Assembly (NCBI GenBank): GCA_963773565.1
Contig: CAVZBU010000010.1
Span: 2,896 to 66,895 of the forward strand
Source: an uncultured Gammaproteobacteria bacterium
GTDB taxonomy: Bacteria > Pseudomonadota > Gammaproteobacteria > Pseudomonadales > Halomonadaceae
Length of the DNA stretch: 64,000 nucleotides
Direction: 5' to 3'
Both the position numbers and the translations under genes were made by a program. Under the pieces are notes generated by a model. It had not been told where the DNA came from and ran no database searches. It saw only the letters and a list, made by a program, of their open reading frames with translations. This document shows positions 49,260 to 64,000 of the stretch, in pieces (position 1 is the stretch's first letter; each line of letters opens with the position of its first letter).

Positions 49260-50201
49260 GTGGACGCAGGAGTGGATCGACGGCTGGAATGCCTCAAGGA
49301 GCTACGAACGGGAAGCCCTTTCAACAAGCCCTGTTTACTGCTGGCGATTATTTGCGAGGTTCAGAGCGGTCATATCGATTCTAATTGCGTGTCCTTAGAT
49401 ATTCGACTGATTGGCCGTTATCACGATCTTTATGAAATTGTTTCCGGCGAAAGGCAAAAGGCCAACCCTTGGCTCCCCCTCTGGCACTTGCGCAACGACC
49501 GAGGTCCTGCAGGGCCACTCTGGTTACCAAACTACGCTTCGGAATTGGCACCCATAGCGAATCAATTGGGCCAACCAAAGTCCCTGAATAAGCTCTTGGA
49601 ACGCTTTTCTTCCGCCCATCTCGATAACGAGCTGTTCACAGCCTTACAGGATATCGAAATTGCCCGCCAAGCCTGCGCCCTCCTGATACATCGGTATCTA
49701 ACCGTAGGTTCAACGACACTGAAACGCCTGTCAGACTATCTTGAGAGGGTATTGGCCAGCGGCGATTACCAGCGTAATCCCGAACAGTTCACCTCAGGTA
49801 TCGAAGACACCGGCCCGTTATATGCTCGCTCAGCGGCCTTCCGTACCCTAGTACTGGAAGCTTACGATTACCGCTGCGCCGCGAGCCGGTTGCGTTACAT
49901 CACTCCCGACTATCGCTACTTGGTAGAAGCAGCTCATTTGATACCTTTCGCCATCAACCAAGATGACCGCCCCAACAACGGCCTAACGTTGACACCAAAT
50001 TTACATTGGGCCATGGATAATCACCTTATCGCGCCAGGGCCGGATTACCTCTGGCATGTCAGTACTGTAATTGATGCTTTGATACCCGATAGCCGCTGGC
50101 TCTGGGAACTTGACCAGCAACGCTTGGTGCTCCCCCGTGACCCACGCTGGTATCCCGATCGCGATTCTCTAGCTTGGCGCTTGGATCATCTGCAAAGGTA
50201 A
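49260..50201 (+). CDS. HNH endonuclease with SBD-like N-terminus (predicted modification-dependent restriction enzyme)
   Basis: N-terminal NKPCLLLAI and PLWHLRND; C-terminal RSAAFRTLVLEAYDYRCA, EAAHLIPF, NGLTLTPNLHWAMD; visibly AT-richer than flanks; start uncertain (49209 or 49260). Confidence 0.8.
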   Translation: MDAGVDRRLECLKELRTGSPFNKPCLLLAIICEVQSGHIDSNCVSLDIRLIGRYHDLYEIVSGERQKANPWLPLWHLRNDRGPAGPLWLPNYASELAPIANQLGQPKSLNKLLERFSSAHLDNELFTALQDIEIARQACALLIHRYLTVGSTTLKRLSDYLERVLASGDYQRNPEQFTSGIEDTGPLYARSAAFRTLVLEAYDYRCAASRLRYITPDYRYLVEAAHLIPFAINQDDRPNNGLTLTPNLHWAMDNHLIAPGPDYLWHVSTVIDALIPDSRWLWELDQQRLVLPRDPRWYPDRDSLAWRLDHLQR

Positions 50202-50210
50202 ATCCTAACC

Positions 50211-50247
50211 AAAGAAAAGGCCCTGAAACCTGATGGTTTCGGGGCCT
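50211..50247 (-). terminator. dnaJ terminator
   Basis: Minus strand AGGCCCCGAAACC-ATCA-GGTTTCAGGGCCTTTTCTTT. Confidence 0.75.
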
Positions 50248-50274
50248 GAGATACGCGAAGAAGAGAAGCACCGC

Positions 50275-51438
<1,164 letters not shown>

Positions 51439-51502
51439 TCACGGAAACAGCGACGCGGGAGTCATGCCCCCGCGCCGCCGTGGTCCGTAGTGTCAGACGT
51501 GG

Positions 51503-53429
51503 TTACTGCTTCTTCTGGTCGTCGTTGACTTCTTCATACTCGGCGTCGACCACGTCGTCTTCCGGCTTCTTGGCGCCGCCTTCGGCCTGTTCGCCCTGGT
51601 CCGCTTCGGACTGCTCGGCGTACATCTTCTGCGCCAGGCCGCCCGAGGCTTCGGTGAGCGCGTCCAGCTTGGCCTGGATGGCCTCCTGGTCGTCGCCCTT
51701 GAGCGCCTCTTCGAGTTCGCTGATCGCGCTCTCGATCTTCTGCTTCTCCTCGTCGGTGGCCTTGTCGCCGGCCTCGTCGAGGGTCTTGCGTGCGGCGTGG
51801 ATCATGCCGTCGGCCTGGTTGCGCAGCTGAACCAGTTCCTCGAACTTCTTGTCCTCGGCGGCATGCGCCTCGGCATCCTGAACCATCTGCTCGACTTCCT
51901 CGTCGGTCAGACCGCTGGAGGCCTTGATGACGATCGACTGCTCCTTGCCGGTAGCCTTGTCCTTGGCGGACACGTTGAGGATACCGTTGGCATCCAGATC
52001 GAAGGCGACCTCGATCTGCGGCACGCCACGCGGCGCCGGCGGGATGTCGGCCAGATCGAAACGGCCCAGCGACTTGTTCTGGCTGGACTGCTTGCGCTCA
52101 CCCTGCAGTGCGTGGATGGTCACCGCGGTCTGGTTGTCATCCGCGGTCGAGAAGGTCTGGGTCTTCTTGGTCGGGATGGTGGTGTTCTTCTCGATCAACG
52201 GGGTCATCACGCCACCCAGCGTCTCGATGCCCAGCGTCAACGGAGTCACGTCGAGCAGCAGCACGTCCTTGACGTTACCGCCGAGCACGCCGCCCTGGAT
52301 CGCCGCGCCCACGGCCACGGCCTCGTCCGGGTTGACGTCCTTGCGGGCGTCCTTGCCGAAGAACTCGGCGACCTTGGACTGGACCATCGGCATGCGGGTC
52401 TGGCCGCCGACCAGGATCACGTCGTCGATCTCGGCAGTTGGACAGGCCGGCATCGGCCAGAGCGGTCTTGCACGGCCCCAGCGACTGCTTGACCAGTTCC
52501 TCGACCAGCGACTCGAGCTTGGCCCGGGTGATCTTGACGTTGAGGTGCTTGGGCCCGGTGTTGTCGGCCGTGATGTACGGCAGATTGACTTCGGTCTGCT
52601 GTGCGGCCGAAAGCTCGATCTTGGCCTTCTCGGCGGCTTCCTTGAGACGCTGCATGGCGAGATTGTCGCCGGACAGGTCGATGCCGCTATCCGACTTGAA
52701 CTCATCGACCAGGTAGTCGATCAGCTTGAGGTCGAAGTCCTCACCACCCAGGAAGGTGTCGCCGTTGGTGGCCAGCACTTCGAACTGGGTCTCGCCATCG
52801 ACGTCGGCGACTTCGATGATCGAGATATCGAAGGTACCGCCACCCAGGTCATAGACGGCGATGGTCTTGTCGCCACGCTGCTTGTCCATGCCGTAGGCCA
52901 GCGCGGCCGCGGTCGGCTCGTTGATGATGCGCTTGACCTCGAGACCGGCAATGCGGCCCGCGTCCTTGGTGGCCTGGCGCTGGGAATCGTTGAAGTAGGC
53001 CGGCACGGTGATTACCGCTTCGGTCACTTCCTCACCGAGATAGTCCTCGGCGGTCTTCTTCATCTTCTTCAGCACCTCGGCGCTGACCTGCGGCGGTGCC
53101 ATCTTCTTGCCGTTGACCTCGACCCAGGCGTCGCCATTGTCGGCTTCGGCGATCTTGTAGGGCACCATCTTGATGTCCTTCTGGACCACGTCGTCCTTGA
53201 AGCGACGGCCGATCAGACGCTTGATGGCGTACAGCGTGTTGTTCGGGTTGGTGACCGCCTGGCGCTTGGCCGCCTGGCCGACCAGCGTCTCGCCGTCATC
53301 GGTGTAGGCGATGATCGACGGCGTGGTGCGTGCGCCTTCGGCGTTTTCGATGACTTTGGGCTTGTCGCCGTCGAGCACGGCGACACAAGAGTTGGTGGTC
53401 CCCAGGTCAATACCTATGATGCGTCCCAT
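51503..53429 (-). CDS. dnaK: Chaperone DnaK (frameshift near 52436)
   Basis: [18 protein letters not shown], then [25 protein letters not shown] in a second frame. Confidence 0.97.
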
Positions 53430-53494
53430 GTAAACACCTCGAAGAATCGTTGCTTGCTAATCCGTGCGGCAGCGATGCCGCGTCTTTGTCGTCT

Positions 53495-53522
53495 ATGTGG
53501 GGGCTCGGCCGCGCCTTTCAAG
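53495..53522 (-). promoter_or_regulatory. Sigma32 promoter of dnaK
   Basis: Minus strand CTTGAA-N14-CCCCACAT. Confidence 0.75.
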
Positions 53523-53538
53523 GGCTAGCGGCGATTCA

Positions 53539-54177
53539 TCACCCGTTGGCCGCTTGGCTGACTACCACCATGGCCGGGCGAACCAGGCGGCCATTGAGCA
53601 GATATCCCTTCTGCATCACTTCGATGACCGAGTTCGGCTCGACATCGGGGCTGGGCACCATGGCCATGGCTTCGTGGTACTGCGGGTCGAACGGCTCGCC
53701 CTGCGGCTCGACCGCCTCGACGCCGAACTTGGCCAGCGTGTCGAGTTGCAGCTTGAGAGTCATCGAGACCCCTTCGCGGTGCACTTCACTGGCGTCCTCG
53801 CCCATCGACTCGAGCGCCTTTTCCAGGCTGTCGACCACCGGCAGCAGTTCCTTGACGAACTTTTCCAGCGCGAACTTGCGCGCCTTGTCGATATCCTGTT
53901 CGGCGCGGCGACGTACGTTCTGCGCCTCGGCGGCCTCGCGCAGCGCCTGGTCCTTGGCCTCTTTCAGCGCCTGCTCGAGCTCCTCGACCTTGGCCGCCAG
54001 CACATCGGCTTCAGGGTCGCCCATGGCCTCGGCATCGGCTGCCGTCTCGTCGTCCACGGCTACCTCGCTGGCATCCGCTTCGTCGAGCTGGCCCTCGAGC
54101 GTCTCCTGCTGAGGTTCGGCGTCCTGATCGGCGCGTTCGAGTTCTTCATCCAGCGGCGTCTGGGGATCTTTGGCCAT
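53539..54177 (-). CDS. grpE: Nucleotide exchange factor GrpE
   Basis: [44 protein letters not shown]. Confidence 0.97.
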   Translation of the reverse strand: MAKDPQTPLDEELERADQDAEPQQETLEGQLDEADASEVAVDDETAADAEAMGDPEADVLAAKVEELEQALKEAKDQALREAAEAQNVRRRAEQDIDKARKFALEKFVKELLPVVDSLEKALESMGEDASEVHREGVSMTLKLQLDTLAKFGVEAVEPQGEPFDPQYHEAMAMVPSPDVEPNSVIEVMQKGYLLNGRLVRPAMVVVSQAANG

Positions 54178-54238
54178 GTCGCTCTCCTGAAATCGACCCG
54201 CGGCACGCTGGCCGCGGGCGTTGTCTATTTGCACACCT

Positions 54239-54267
54239 ATATGGGGATGGTCGCGGACGATCTCAAG
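54239..54267 (-). promoter_or_regulatory. Sigma32 promoter of grpE
   Basis: Minus strand CTTGAG-N15-CCCCATAT. Confidence 0.75.
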
Positions 54268-54312
54268 GCATGCGAGACACTCGGGCGAGGATTGCAGTCT
54301 CACCGCGGGCTA

Positions 54313-54328
54313 CTGTATAAACACACAG
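54313..54328. promoter_or_regulatory. LexA (SOS) box of recN
   Basis: CTGTATAAACACACAG = CTG-N10-CAG, about 45 bp upstream of recN. Confidence 0.85.
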
Positions 54329-54372
54329 ACCCATTTCATCTACGCGGCGGATTCCACCCGGAGGTGGCCATC

Positions 54373-56047
54373 ATGCTGGTACAACTCGCCATTCGTGACT
54401 TCGCTATCGTCGATACGCTCGATCTCGACCTGCACGCCGGCATGACCGCCATCACCGGCGAGACCGGCGCGGGCAAGTCGATCCTGCTCGACGCCCTGGG
54501 GCTGTGCCTCGGTGAACGCGCCGATGCCGGCAGCGTGCGCCATGGCGCCAAGCGGGCTGATCTCAGCGCACGCTTCGATATCGCCCGCCTGCCCGAGGCA
54601 CAGACCTGGCTCGAGGAACGCGAGTTGCCCGGCGAAGATTGCCTGCTGCGCCGGGTAGTTACCGCCAGCGGCCGCTCCAAGGCATGGATCAACGGCCAGC
54701 CCTGCACCATCGGCGATCTCAAGGCGCTCGGCGATCATCTGATCGAAATCCACGGCCAGCACGCGCATCAGGCACTGCTGCGCGAGGATACCCATCGCCG
54801 CCTGCTCGACGACTTCGCCGGGCTGGCCGACGCGGTTGGCGAGCTGGGGGCGACATATCGTCAGTGGCAGGAGCTGCGGCGCCGGCTCAAGCGTCTGGCC
54901 GACACCAGCGACGAGTTGCAAGCGCGTCGGCAGCTACTGCGCTACCAGGTCGAGGAGCTCGACCTACTGGCCCTGGCGGACGACGAACTGCAGACCCTGG
55001 AACGCGACCAGGAAGAACTCGCCCACGCCGAACAGACACTCAGCGACACCCAGTTCGCCGTCGACTGCTGCGAGGACGACGAGGGCGGCGCCCTGCATCT
55101 GCTCCATCAGGCACTGGCGCGCCTCGACGTCCTGCCGGGAGCCGAGCGTGGCACATTGGCCGAGGCTCGCGGCATGCTCGGCGACGCGCGCATCCAGATC
55201 GAGGAGGCCGCCCGCGAGTTGCGCCATTTCGCCGATAACACGGAACTCGACCCCGAACGCCTGGCGCATGTCGAACAACGCCTTAGCGAAGTGCATCGCA
55301 TCGCCCGCAAGCATCACGTCATGCCCGACGAACTGGCTGCTCTGCATGCCCGTCTTCGTGAAGAGCTGGCTACGCTGGAAGGCGGCGATCATGACCTGGA
55401 CGCCCTGACCGCCGAGGTGGCCGAGGCGCGCGATCGTTATCGCGCCCAGGCCCGCACCATCGGTGACGCTCGACGCAAGGCAGCGACAGCCTTCGCCGAA
55501 GAGGTCCAGGCACAATTGGGCTTCCTGGCGATGGGCAAGGCGCATTTCGCGGCCGAAGTCGAGTGCTCGGGAAACACCACAGCCCGATGGCATGGAGACG
55601 GTACGCTTTTTGATTAGTGCCAACCCCGGGCAGCCGCCACGCCCGCTGACCAAGGTCGCCTCCGGGGGCGAGCTGTCACGCATCAGCCTGGCGATTCAGG
55701 TGGTCGCCGCCAGCCACAGCACCATCCCGTCGCTGATCTTCGACGAAGTGGATGTCGGCGTGTCCGGGGCCACCGCCGAGATCGTCGGCCAGCTGTTGCG
55801 CCGGCTGGGTGAGAACGGCCAAGTGATGACGGTCACCCATCTACCGCAAGTCGCCGCCCAGGCGCATCATCACCTGCATATCGAGAAACAGGCCGAAGAA
55901 GACACCACTCAGACCCAGATGGTGCTGCTCGACAGTGCTGGCCGGGTTCGCGAACTGGCGCGCATGCTGGGGGGCGTCAAGCTCTCCGACCGCACCCTCG
56001 CCCACGCCCGCGAAATGCTCGATGCGAGCCAGCGAGCCCGCCACTAA
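54373..56047 (+). CDS. recN: DNA repair protein RecN (frameshift near 55570)
   Basis: ITGETGAGKSI, IHGQH, then ASGGELSRISLA, IFDEVDVG, VTHLPQVAA in a second frame. Confidence 0.96.
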
Positions 56048-56083
56048 GCTCACGATCCTGAATTGTCTGCCTCGCTTCACATT

Positions 56084-56115
56084 GCGCCGGTGGCTGGTTA
56101 AGCGCCGGCGTTTTT
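56084..56115 (+). terminator. recN terminator
   Basis: GCGCCGGTG...CGCCGGCGT stem followed by TTTT. Confidence 0.6.
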
Positions 56116-56164
56116 ACATCTCTTGATGAAAGAGCTGACATGAATGGGCAAACACTCCCAGGCG

Positions 56165-56200
56165 GGAGGAGATCAGGCCTGCTGCTGCCTTAGTTAGCTG
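56165..56200 (+). repeat. Left copy of imperfect direct repeat flanking IS66
   Basis: GGAGGAGATCAGGCCTGCTGCTGCCTTAGTTAGCTG, similar to 58651-58680. Confidence 0.7.
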
Positions 56201-56231
56201 TAAGCGCCCGGCCATCACCCTTTGCGAGTGA

Positions 56232-57782
56232 TCAGTCGACCGGTTTCCAGTGCTGAGGTAGGAGTTCGTGGATCCGGCTGGCCTTCTGCGTCGGCAGCCG
56301 AGCCAGTACATCTTTCAGGTAGGCATGCGGTTCATGGCCATTCAGCTTGGCAGACTGGATCAGGCTCATGATGTTGGCAGCGCGCTGACCGCTGCGCAGC
56401 GAGCCGGCAAATAGCCAGTTCGAGCGGCCCAGCGCCCAGGGGCGAATCAGGTTCTCGACTCGATTGTTGTCGATCGGCAACCCGCCGTCATCCAGGTAAC
56501 GTGTCAGCGCCGCCCAGCGTTTCAGGCTGTAGTCCAACGCTTTCGCCGTTGCTGAGCCGTTGGGTACCTTCTCGCGGTGAGCCAGCATCCAGCGGTGCAG
56601 CGTGTCAGCGATAGGCCTCGCTCGGGTGTCGCGTAGCCGCTGGCGTTCTTCACCGCTCAGTGACTGGGCCTCGCGCTCTACCTGATAGAGCTGGCCGATG
56701 AGCTCGATGGCCTGCTCGGCAATCTGGCTCTTGCCGGCCACGTGCAGGTCGACGAACTTGCGCCGCGCGTGGGCCATGCAGCCGATCTCGGTCACGCCGT
56801 TGGCAAAGCTCTGCTTGTAACCGCCGTAATCGTCGCAGACTAGCTTGCCCTTCCACTCGCCGAGGAAGTCCCGGGCATGCTGGCCGCCGCGCCCGGACGC
56901 GAAGTCGTAGATCACCGCCTTCTGCTCGGCGTAGGGCGTGGTGGCATAGGCCCAGAGGTAGGCCCTGTGCGTCTTTTTCTTGCCCGGAGCCAGCATCGGC
57001 ACCGGCGTTTCATCGGCATGCAGTATCGGTTCGGTGAGCAGGGTGTCGCGCAGGGCATCGATCAGTGGCTGCAATCGCACGCCACAGAGGCCGATCCATT
57101 CCGCCAGGGTGGAGCGTGGGATCTCCACGCCGGCACGGGCAAAGATCTGTGCCTGCCGGTAGAGCGGCTGATGGTCAGCATACTTGGCGATCATCACCTG
57201 GGCCAGCAACCCCGAGGTGGGGATGCCCTTGTCGATCACGTGGGCCGGCATCGGTGCCTGGGTCAGCGTCTCGCAGGCGTCGCAGACCCACTTGCCGCGG
57301 ATATGCCGCTCGACGGTGAACACGCCCGGCGTGTAGTCGAGCTTCTCGCTGATCTCTTCCCCGATGCGGCGCCGCTGGCAGCCGCACGTGCAGTGCTCGC
57401 TGTCGGGCTCGTGTCGGATCTCGACGCGCGGCAGGTCGTCGGGCAAGGGCTGGCGTTTGGGCTTTTGCTTGGTGGCGGGCACCGTCGCCGGGGTAGCGAG
57501 TTCTTCCAACTCGGCCTCGATGGCAGCAATGTCGGCATCCACCACCTCGCCCAGCAGGCTGATCTGCAAGACGTTGAGCTGTTCGCTGCGCTTGCCGAAA
57601 GCGTGGCGCTTGAGCAGCGCCAGTTCATAGGTCAGCTTCTGGTTGACCTGCTCGGTGTGGCGTAGCGTTTCTTGGCTCTGTGCCAGCGCCCGATCCTTTT
57701 CCTCGACCTGCGCCATCAGCGTTGCCGCCAGGTGGCGGAGCTGATCGGGAGAGAGCTGGGACAGATCGGGCGGCGTGTTCAT
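56232..57782 (-). CDS. tnpC: IS66 DDE transposase TnpC
   Basis: FGKRSE, KYADHQPLYRQ, HADETP, CMAHARRKF, IDNNRVEN, NWLFAGS. Confidence 0.95.
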   Translation of the reverse strand: MNTPPDLSQLSPDQLRHLAATLMAQVEEKDRALAQSQETLRHTEQVNQKLTYELALLKRHAFGKRSEQLNVLQISLLGEVVDADIAAIEAELEELATPATVPATKQKPKRQPLPDDLPRVEIRHEPDSEHCTCGCQRRRIGEEISEKLDYTPGVFTVERHIRGKWVCDACETLTQAPMPAHVIDKGIPTSGLLAQVMIAKYADHQPLYRQAQIFARAGVEIPRSTLAEWIGLCGVRLQPLIDALRDTLLTEPILHADETPVPMLAPGKKKTHRAYLWAYATTPYAEQKAVIYDFASGRGGQHARDFLGEWKGKLVCDDYGGYKQSFANGVTEIGCMAHARRKFVDLHVAGKSQIAEQAIELIGQLYQVEREAQSLSGEERQRLRDTRARPIADTLHRWMLAHREKVPNGSATAKALDYSLKRWAALTRYLDDGGLPIDNNRVENLIRPWALGRSNWLFAGSLRSGQRAANIMSLIQSAKLNGHEPHAYLKDVLARLPTQKASRIHELLPQHWKPVD

Positions 57783-57865
57783 CCGGCGATTATGCCAGTC
57801 CACCGGCCGCAAGGGGATGCGCGGATCATCGAATGGCCAGGGTTCGCCTTATGTGCCGACGAGGC

Positions 57866-58201
57866 TTACACCACCGAAATGGCCCCCGCCGGGCCGATGC
57901 ACTGCCAGGGCAGACCCTGGACCAGCGCCGTCACTTGCTCCGGCGACAGTTCCACCCGGTCTCCGTGCCGGTTGCCGGCCCAATGGAACTTGCCTTGATT
58001 GAGCCGGCGCGCACAGAGCCAGACCCCCAGGCCATCGTGGATTAGCACTTTCATGCGGTTGCCGCGCCGGTTGGCGAACAGATAGGCGCAGTGTGGCCGG
58101 GCGGTACCGAATACCTTCACCACCCGGGCCAGCGCCGTATCGGGGCCGGCGCGCATGTCCAACGGCTCGGTGGCCAGCCAGATCTCGTCGATACGGATCA
58201 C
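57866..58201 (-). CDS. tnpB: IS66 accessory protein TnpB
   Basis: WLATEPLDMRAG, YLFANRRGNRMKVL, ARRLNQGKF; GTGA coupling with tnpA. Confidence 0.93.
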   Translation of the reverse strand: MIRIDEIWLATEPLDMRAGPDTALARVVKVFGTARPHCAYLFANRRGNRMKVLIHDGLGVWLCARRLNQGKFHWAGNRHGDRVELSPEQVTALVQGLPWQCIGPAGAISVV

Positions 58202-58566
58202 GACAGCAGCCCCTTCAGCCAGTGCACACACTGGGCTGCCTCACTGACCGGCCAGCGTACGGTGATCGTGCCTCGTGCCGAGGGCAACTCAATGCATATC
58301 TCGCCAGCGGTGGAGGGCGGCGCTGGCAGGTCAGCCGTTGCTGACGGCACCGGAAGGGGCACAAAGTCCGGCACGGCCGGTAACTGGCTCTGCCGTTTGG
58401 CCTTGCGGATCCAGGTCTGGACGAGGTTGGTGTTCAGCCCGTGCTGCAGGGCGACCTGGGCAATCGAGGCGTTGCCTTGCAGGCAGGCCGCGACGATCTT
58501 GGCCTTGAACTCGGGGGCATAACGACGACGGCGACGGATCTCACGCTCGGTGCTAGAAGAAGTCAT
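58198..58566 (-). CDS. tnpA: IS66 accessory protein TnpA (HTH)
   Basis: RRRYAPEFKAKIV, SIAQVALQHGLNTNLVQTW. Confidence 0.92.
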   Translation of the reverse strand: MTSSSTEREIRRRRRYAPEFKAKIVAACLQGNASIAQVALQHGLNTNLVQTWIRKAKRQSQLPAVPDFVPLPVPSATADLPAPPSTAGEICIELPSARGTITVRWPVSEAAQCVHWLKGLLS

Positions 58567-58650
58567 AATAGGTGCCCACTTATTAATAGATGGGCACCTA
58601 ATGTGGCTGGCGAGATCCGTCTGCGGAAGGTGTGTTCACCGGACGGATAC

Positions 58651-58680
58651 GGAGGAGATGGCCTGCTGTTGTCTTAGCTG
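58651..58680 (+). repeat. Right copy of imperfect direct repeat flanking IS66
   Basis: GGAGGAGATGGCCTGCTGTTGTCTTAGCTG, similar to 56165-56200. Confidence 0.7.
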
Positions 58681-58696
58681 GTTGTTTTCCGCGCAT

Positions 58697-58728
58697 AAAA
58701 AAAGCCCCCGGGTTTCCGGGGGCTTTTT
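58697..58728 (-). terminator. rRNA operon terminator (bidirectional shape)
   Basis: AAAAAAAGCCCCCGG-GTTT-CCGGGGGCTTTTT directly after 5S. Confidence 0.85.
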
Positions 58729-58736
58729 CGTGAAGA

Positions 58737-58855
58737 TGCCTGACGATGACCTACTCTCGCATGGGGAAGCCCCACACTACCATCGGCGCTGAGCGGTTTC
58801 ACTGCTGAGTTCGGCATGGGGTCAGGTGGGACCCGCTCGCTATGGTCGTCAGGCG
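58737..58855 (-). rRNA. rrf: 5S rRNA
   Basis: Reverse complement reads GCCTGACGACCATAGCGAGCGGGTCCCACCTGACCCCATGCCGAACTCAG...GAGTAGGTCATCGTCAGGC. Confidence 0.97.
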
Positions 58856-58991
58856 TAACTGTGGGCGCGTTGTCGTGACAACGCCCCGTTACCTGGTCTT
58901 AACACGGTGAATCAAGCTGGTTGAGACGACTCTTTTGCGTATCCGTCGTGTGTTCTCGCCCGGGGCCGTTCAGGCCCCTTGGGTGTTATAT

Positions 58992-61877
<2,886 letters not shown>

Positions 61878-61965
61878 ATATAACCCCAAGGGGTCTGGTG
61901 CGATTTCACACGACAATTGCCGGATACGCTTGAGTCGTATCTCAAATTTGTCAGCTTGATTCACA

Positions 61966-61977
61966 TTGTTAAAGAGC
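61966..61977 (-). promoter_or_regulatory. Spacer boxA antitermination element
   Basis: Minus strand GCTCTTTAACAA. Confidence 0.8.
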
Positions 61978-62072
61978 CACTGTCAATCGACAGTCACAAA
62001 CCGACGTCATCATTCGATAACCGGGCTTGTGACTGCGGACTTCAGTTTCATCGACTGTTGGGTAGAGAAAAT

Positions 62073-62148
62073 TGGTGGAGCCTACCGGGATCGAACCGGT
62101 GACCTCCTGCGTGCAAGGCAGGCGCTCTCCCAGCTGAGCTAAGGCCCC
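62073..62148 (-). tRNA. tRNA-Ala(TGC)
   Basis: GGGGCCTTAGCTCAGCTGGGAGAGCGCCTGCCTTGCACGCAGG...CTCCACCA in the 16S-23S spacer. Confidence 0.97.
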
Positions 62149-62257
62149 TCTGACTTCCCCTTACGTGCCATGGGGATATTTTATTCAGATCAAGGCATTT
62201 TGGGGCGACGCCTAGCCTGCTAGGCGAGTCACAAAATAACGTAGAACTGGATAAAAT

Positions 62258-62334
<77 letters not shown>

Positions 62335-62429
62335 GATTGGTCACGCTGGGTCTTAACCCAAACAGTCTTTGCTCTGGCCGATCAGGTAATTCATTGTGAG
62401 CACTTGACCGAACGCGATGACGCGTCGAT

Positions 62430-63970
<1,541 letters not shown>

Positions 63971-64000
63971 AAAATCATAGAGTCCGTTAAGCGGACAAAT

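Larger units (their letters stand above)
56200..58650 (-). mobile_element. IS66 family insertion sequence (complete, ~2.45 kb)
   Basis: tnpA-tnpB-tnpC; imperfect terminal IRs GTAAGCGCCCGGCCATCACCC (56200) and GTATCCGTCCGGTGAACACAC (reverse complement ending 58650). Confidence 0.93.

Noticed and set aside
52400..52480. Programmed frameshift in dnaK (also considered for recN, folK, metW)
   Set aside because: No slippery sequence is evident, and scattered indels across the window point to sequencing error.

Overview
High-GC gammaproteobacterial chromosome segment; the 16S sequence and gene content suggest Halomonadaceae (Halomonas-like). It is mostly core genome: pilU-pilT / yggS-proC-yggT-metX-metW, sfsA-aminotransferase / dksA-gluQ-cbrB-(CrcZ-like sRNA)-pcnB-folK-panB-panC-thiolase, an AEC transporter and hisC, then the minus-strand run grpE-dnaK-dnaJ ... 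dapB-carA-carB-greA, rlmE-ftsH-folP-glmM-tpiA-secG-tRNA-Leu-tRNA-fMet-rimP-nusA-infB-rbfA-truB-rpsO-pnp, followed by recN, a complete IS66 element and a minus-strand rRNA operon (16S, tRNA-Ile, tRNA-Ala, 23S, 5S). An ~8.4 kb accessory block between dnaJ and dapB holds an iron-type ABC transporter, two DMT transporters, a phytase-like lipoprotein, corA and an AT-richer SBD-like HNH nuclease. The most striking locus is a Pseudomonas-type carbon-catabolite module in altered form. It has a CbrB-like sigma54 activator whose receiver lacks the phospho-acceptor Asp and the conserved Lys, with no cbrA kinase upstream (possibly a short relic). Downstream lie a sigma54 promoter with UAS-like and IHF sites and an ORF-free ~490 nt RNA rich in AANAANAA Hfq/Crc motifs. 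Several genes, some normally essential, carry single-base frameshifts that are most likely sequencing or assembly errors.
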